Both the position numbers and the translations under genes were made by a program. The notes below the pieces were generated by a model. It made no database searches. It was not told where the DNA came from and was given only the letters and a program-made list of their open reading frames with translations. Below are positions 60,320-64,000 of a stretch of 64,000 nt of DNA, piece by piece (position 1 is the first letter of the stretch; every line of letters starts with the position of its first letter). Origin of the DNA: Verrucomicrobiota bacterium. Lineage in GTDB: Bacteria > Verrucomicrobiota > Kiritimatiellia > RFP12 > UBA1067. The DNA is taken from positions 134-64,133 of the forward strand of contig JBNMKZ010000006.1 in the NCBI GenBank assembly GCA_050874585.1, read 5' to 3'.

Positions 60320-63249
60320 ACCGTGGTCGTGGTCGGCTGTTGGCGCGGTTTCTGATACCGGCTATTCTGGGCGGGGTGCTGGCCGTCGTCCAGTGGATGC
60401 GGCCCCTTGAAATTAAGACGTCTCTCTACGATTTGGTGGGGGATGCGGGACGGCTGATTCCCGAGGCCGTGCGCACCCAGTCGTCCGACCTCGTCCCCAT
60501 CGTCGTCTCGTCCACGAACGCTGAACACGCCGTTCGTGCGGCGGAGACGCTCTTTCGTCAGTTGCCGACCAACGACTGCGCGGAGATTCGCTTCCGTGTC
60601 GATGGCGCGGGGCTTGGTGATGTGCTCGACTTCTATCGGGCGGCGCGTGCCGGGCTTGTTTCCGAATCCGTTCGGGCGGACTTGGCGACCCTGGTCGGAC
60701 GGGAACGGATTGCCAAGTCGGCGGCGCGGCGCTTTTATTCATCCCCCGTGCCGCCGCTCTTCCCGCCGGAGGAGGATCCGTTTGGCCTCTTGGACGGCTT
60801 CGTGACCTCGCGTCCCGCGAGCGTCTCCGGCTGGATGCCGCGTGGCGGCATTCTGCAGGCCCAGCGGGACGGTTGGACGCATGTGCTGATTGTCCTGCGT
60901 CTCAAGCCCGAGTTGGTGGGAGATGCGGACGCGCTCATTGCGTTCAAGGGGCGGTTGGACGCGGCCCTTGCCGCCGTCATGGATGTCGATGTGCGGCTTG
61001 CGCCGTGCGGCGTGCCGATCCACACGGCCCTGACGGCGGCGCGCTGCAAGTCCGAAATCGGCTGGCTGACGGTCTTCTCGTTCGTCTTCATCTGCATTCT
61101 GGCGGTCTTCGTCTTCCGTTCGGTTCGCTGGATACCGCTCCTCGCCCTGTCGCTCGGCGTTGCCGCGCTGGCGGGCGGTGTTGCGCTGGTGATTTGCTTC
61201 CGTTCCGTTCACCTGATGACCATCGTCTTCGGGACGACCTTGCTCGGTCTCGTCATCGACTACTCGTTCCACTGGCTTCTTCAGGGCCGGGGGAGAAAGG
61301 CCACCGTCCTGCGCAGTTTGGCCATTTCGTTTGTGACGACGGAAGTCAGCCTGATTCCGCTGATGATTGCGACCTTGCCCGTCTTGCGCCAGTCGGCCGT
61401 CTTCCTCGGGGTCGGTCTTCTTGGGGCGTTTGCTTTCGTCCTTTGCGCCTATCCGTCGCCGCCGGCGGGGTCGCCGGAAGGGGAGACACCGTCACGGCTC
61501 GGCGGGTTTGTGGGTCTTCGCATTCTTCTGCTGGTCTTGGCCGCCTGTGCGGGATGGGGACTTTTCCACGTGCGTTTTGGGACGGAGCCAACCGCCCTCT
61601 ACAACCCTGCGCCACGACTGGCCGAGGCGGAACGGCTGCTCGCCGAGTTGAGCGGCGCGGCGGATTCGTCACGGGGCATTCTCGTCATTGAGGGTTCGGA
61701 CAGCTTGGATGAACTGCTGGCACGCGAGGAATCGTTGGGTTTGCCAGTGGAGGTGCCGCACCTCTCGCGCCTGATGCCGTCCCTCGCGCGGCGGAAGGAC
61801 GCGGCCGATCTCGTCGCCCGTCTCTACGCGGAATGCGGTCCGCGGCAGAAATCATTGCTGGGCTTTTCGGAACTGCCGCCGCCCACCGAACCGCAGCCTT
61901 GGCAGTGGGAACGCCTGCCGACGGCCTTCAGTCCGTTCTTCCATGGGCATTCGCTTGTCGTGCCCTCCGTGCCGCGACCTTCGGTCGACTTGCCGACGGG
62001 GGTTTCGTTCTGGCAGCCGCGGCAGATGATTGGCGACATCCTTTCCGCCTGGTCGGAGGAGACGTGCCGGCGGCTGGGCGTGGCGCTCGTCCTGATGCTG
62101 CTCATTCTCCTGTGCGTCTTCCGCCTGCGGGCGGTGGTCATCATGACTCCCTCGGCCTTCGCCATGGCCGTCGTCGCCGGGTTGCTGGGCCTTCTCGGGG
62201 AACGCGTGAATCTCTTTCACCTGCTCGCGGGGTTCCTGCTTGCGGGCATGAGCATCGATTACACCGTCTTCCTGCATTCGGGTCGTGGGTCGGTGCGTCC
62301 AACGCTGTGCTCGCTTCTGACGAGTCTCGCGGGTTTCGGAGCCCTCGCCTTCGTTTCGTTCCCGATTGTGCGGGCATTCGGCCTGACGCTTGGCGTGGGG
62401 CTGCCGGTCGCCTTCCTCGCGGCACTTGCCCTGCGGCCACGAGAAAGGAACCGCACGGAGCACGGGGCCTCGCCGCTGGGGCTTGAGATTCTTTGGCTGT
62501 TCTATCGTCTGCTGGGGCTTCGCGTCCTTCACTTCCTTTCGGGATTGGTTGGAGTCGTCGTGTGGACCTGCTCGCCTGCCGTTCGCCGCGCATCAGGATC
62601 CGTGCGCAAGGTCGTCAACTTTACCGTTTCGCTGTCCGACAAGCTGGTCGTCATGGCCGAGGGGCGGCATCTGCCGCAGGTCGAGACGGATGGCTCGGCG
62701 GATGCGCGGGATTTTCTGTCGGACATCGCGGCCCGGCGCGGCGTTTTTGTCCTCTGTTCCCATTGTGGAACGATTGAGGTCTTGGCCGCGCTCGGTTCGT
62801 GCGAGGTGACGTTCCACGCCTGGATGGAATTCACGCGGACGGGAGTCTTCAACCGATTCTACCTGCGCCACGCCAGGCGGCGCAAGGTCGTCATCCATCC
62901 CATTTCCGAATTCGGCCCAGAGACCGTCTTTGAGGCGGGCGACGCCCTCGATGCGGGTGACTGCCTTGTGATGGCGGGCGATCGCGGCTTCGGGCGGATG
63001 AGGACGGTCGAACTTAACGATGGTCGCTCGATGGTTCTGCCCGAAGGCGTCTACCGCTTTGCCCATGCGCTGGAACATCCCGTTTATTTTGTGGCGTGCC
63101 TTGCTTGTGGCAGGGGACGGTACCGTGCGATTATCCGCCATTTGCCGACGGACGTGAAGTCCATGGCTGAAGCTTATGCGGTGCAGTTGGCGGAACTTGT
63201 CGCGGAATGGCCGGACCAGTGGTATCGGTGGAAGGAAAGCGAATCATGA
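60316..63249 (+). CDS. MMPL/RND-type exporter fused to a C-terminal lysophospholipid (LpxL-like) acyltransferase domain
   Basis: Two TM bundles ending GLVIDYSFHW and GMSIDYTVFL. The C-terminal ~270 aa carry CSHCGTIE (HX4E/D acyltransferase motif) and MAGDRG. Confidence 0.78.
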   Translation: MNRGRGRLLARFLIPAILGGVLAVVQWMRPLEIKTSLYDLVGDAGRLIPEAVRTQSSDLVPIVVSSTNAEHAVRAAETLFRQLPTNDCAEIRFRVDGAGLGDVLDFYRAARAGLVSESVRADLATLVGRERIAKSAARRFYSSPVPPLFPPEEDPFGLLDGFVTSRPASVSGWMPRGGILQAQRDGWTHVLIVLRLKPELVGDADALIAFKGRLDAALAAVMDVDVRLAPCGVPIHTALTAARCKSEIGWLTVFSFVFICILAVFVFRSVRWIPLLALSLGVAALAGGVALVICFRSVHLMTIVFGTTLLGLVIDYSFHWLLQGRGRKATVLRSLAISFVTTEVSLIPLMIATLPVLRQSAVFLGVGLLGAFAFVLCAYPSPPAGSPEGETPSRLGGFVGLRILLLVLAACAGWGLFHVRFGTEPTALYNPAPRLAEAERLLAELSGAADSSRGILVIEGSDSLDELLAREESLGLPVEVPHLSRLMPSLARRKDAADLVARLYAECGPRQKSLLGFSELPPPTEPQPWQWERLPTAFSPFFHGHSLVVPSVPRPSVDLPTGVSFWQPRQMIGDILSAWSEETCRRLGVALVLMLLILLCVFRLRAVVIMTPSAFAMAVVAGLLGLLGERVNLFHLLAGFLLAGMSIDYTVFLHSGRGSVRPTLCSLLTSLAGFGALAFVSFPIVRAFGLTLGVGLPVAFLAALALRPRERNRTEHGASPLGLEILWLFYRLLGLRVLHFLSGLVGVVVWTCSPAVRRASGSVRKVVNFTVSLSDKLVVMAEGRHLPQVETDGSADARDFLSDIAARRGVFVLCSHCGTIEVLAALGSCEVTFHAWMEFTRTGVFNRFYLRHARRRKVVIHPISEFGPETVFEAGDALDAGDCLVMAGDRGFGRMRTVELNDGRSMVLPEGVYRFAHALEHPVYFVACLACGRGRYRAIIRHLPTDVKSMAEAYAVQLAELVAEWPDQWYRWKESES

Positions 63250-64000
63250 ACGATGTGTTGACGGATCTTGGAATTGTCTCGGCCCTTGGCGTGGGTGTCG
63301 AGGAGACGGCCCGCCGAATGGCGATGGGCGACACCTCTGGCATGAAGCTCCTGAAGGGGGCCTTGCCGGGGAATGACGAGACGGTCTTTGGGTTTGCCGC
63401 CCTCCCCGAGGCGGCGTTCGCGGCGGCACCGACGCGTGTGGCGGCTCTGATAGATGCCGCCCTTGAACAGCTGAAGCCGGCATTGGAGCGACTTCGCCGC
63501 GAGGTTCCGTCCTCCCGAATCGGGGCGGTGATTGGGACGAGCAATTCGACGATGGAGGAGTTCACGTCGAATCCCGATCGCATCGACATGGCGTATCCGT
63601 CGCAGCGGCTCCGCACGGAGTGGGGCGTTGGCGGTCCGGCCTGGGTCGTGTCCACGGCCTGTTCGTCGAGTGCGAAGGTGTTTGCGTCCGCCCGGCAGCT
63701 GATTGCAGACGGCCTTTGCGATGCTGTCTTGGTTGGCGGCGCGGATGCCTTTACGCGTGTTGTCCTGAACGGCTTCTATTCGCTGGAGGCAATTTCGCCG
63801 CGCCTGACGCGTCCGTTGGCGGCCGATCGGGACGGCATCAACCTCGGCGAGGGCGCGGCGGTTTTCATCCTGCGGCGCAGGAAGGCGGAATCATCGGATG
63901 TCTCGCTTCTCGGTGTTGGCGAGAGTTCAGATGCCCATCACCTGACGGCACCCGATCCGGAGGGGCGCGGGGCTGAGGCGGCCATGCGCGGGGCCTTGGC
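63246..64000 (+). CDS. beta-ketoacyl-ACP synthase (partial, continues past window end)
   Basis: My own translation from ATG 63246 (ATGA overlap) gives MNDVLTDLGIVSALGVG ... VVSTACSSSAKV (active-site Cys) ... GESSDAHHLTAPDP (His). It is open to nt 64000. Confidence 0.9.
   Translation, partial: MNDVLTDLGIVSALGVGVEETARRMAMGDTSGMKLLKGALPGNDETVFGFAALPEAAFAAAPTRVAALIDAALEQLKPALERLRREVPSSRIGAVIGTSNSTMEEFTSNPDRIDMAYPSQRLRTEWGVGGPAWVVSTACSSSAKVFASARQLIADGLCDAVLVGGADAFTRVVLNGFYSLEAISPRLTRPLAADRDGINLGEGAAVFILRRRKAESSDVSLLGVGESSDAHHLTAPDPEGRGAEAAMRGAL

Overview
GC-rich bacterial chromosomal segment (about 60-65% GC by eye). All of the roughly 48 credible genes lie on the + strand, and many have overlapping stop/start codons. 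Contents in order: (1) 131-13509, a locus of signal-peptide proteins of unknown function. It is built around a 2796-aa giant protein with two LamG-like modules and a long helical C-terminal third, and also holds a phage-tail-collar protein and a four-helix-bundle (Avd-like) protein. (2) A housekeeping block: aspS, CPBP protease, FkbH-like HAD, QueD-YhcH fusion, MBL hydrolase, GH2, rnd, trmB, tex, UvrD-like helicase, GNAT, SPFH, nucleotidyltransferase and ComF. (3) Shikimate-pathway supergenes (AroC-AroB and AroK-AroA-AroE, with aroQ further on) and a tyrS with a degenerate HIGH motif. (4) Envelope genes: LptF/G, lpxA, murF and a GT4. (5) A low-GC patch followed by a compositionally mosaic surface-protein gene. 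(6) A carbohydrate locus with two paralogous GH-like proteins, a GH36-like alpha-galactosidase and an MFS sugar porter. It is translationally coupled to an unusually short glycyl-radical enzyme and its activase. (7) The start of an aryl-polyene/flexirubin-type cluster that runs off the window. I saw no rRNA, tRNA, CRISPR, transposase or integrase. Two non-coding signals stand out. First, four intergenic arrays are made of units phased at exactly 22 bp, with palindromic TGCNCA-type cores and arms that co-vary. Second, nine exact TGGTATAAT extended -10 boxes sit at gene starts, and four are so close to the ATG that the mRNAs should be leaderless. The lineage guess (Gram-negative anaerobe, possibly PVC superphylum) is inference only.
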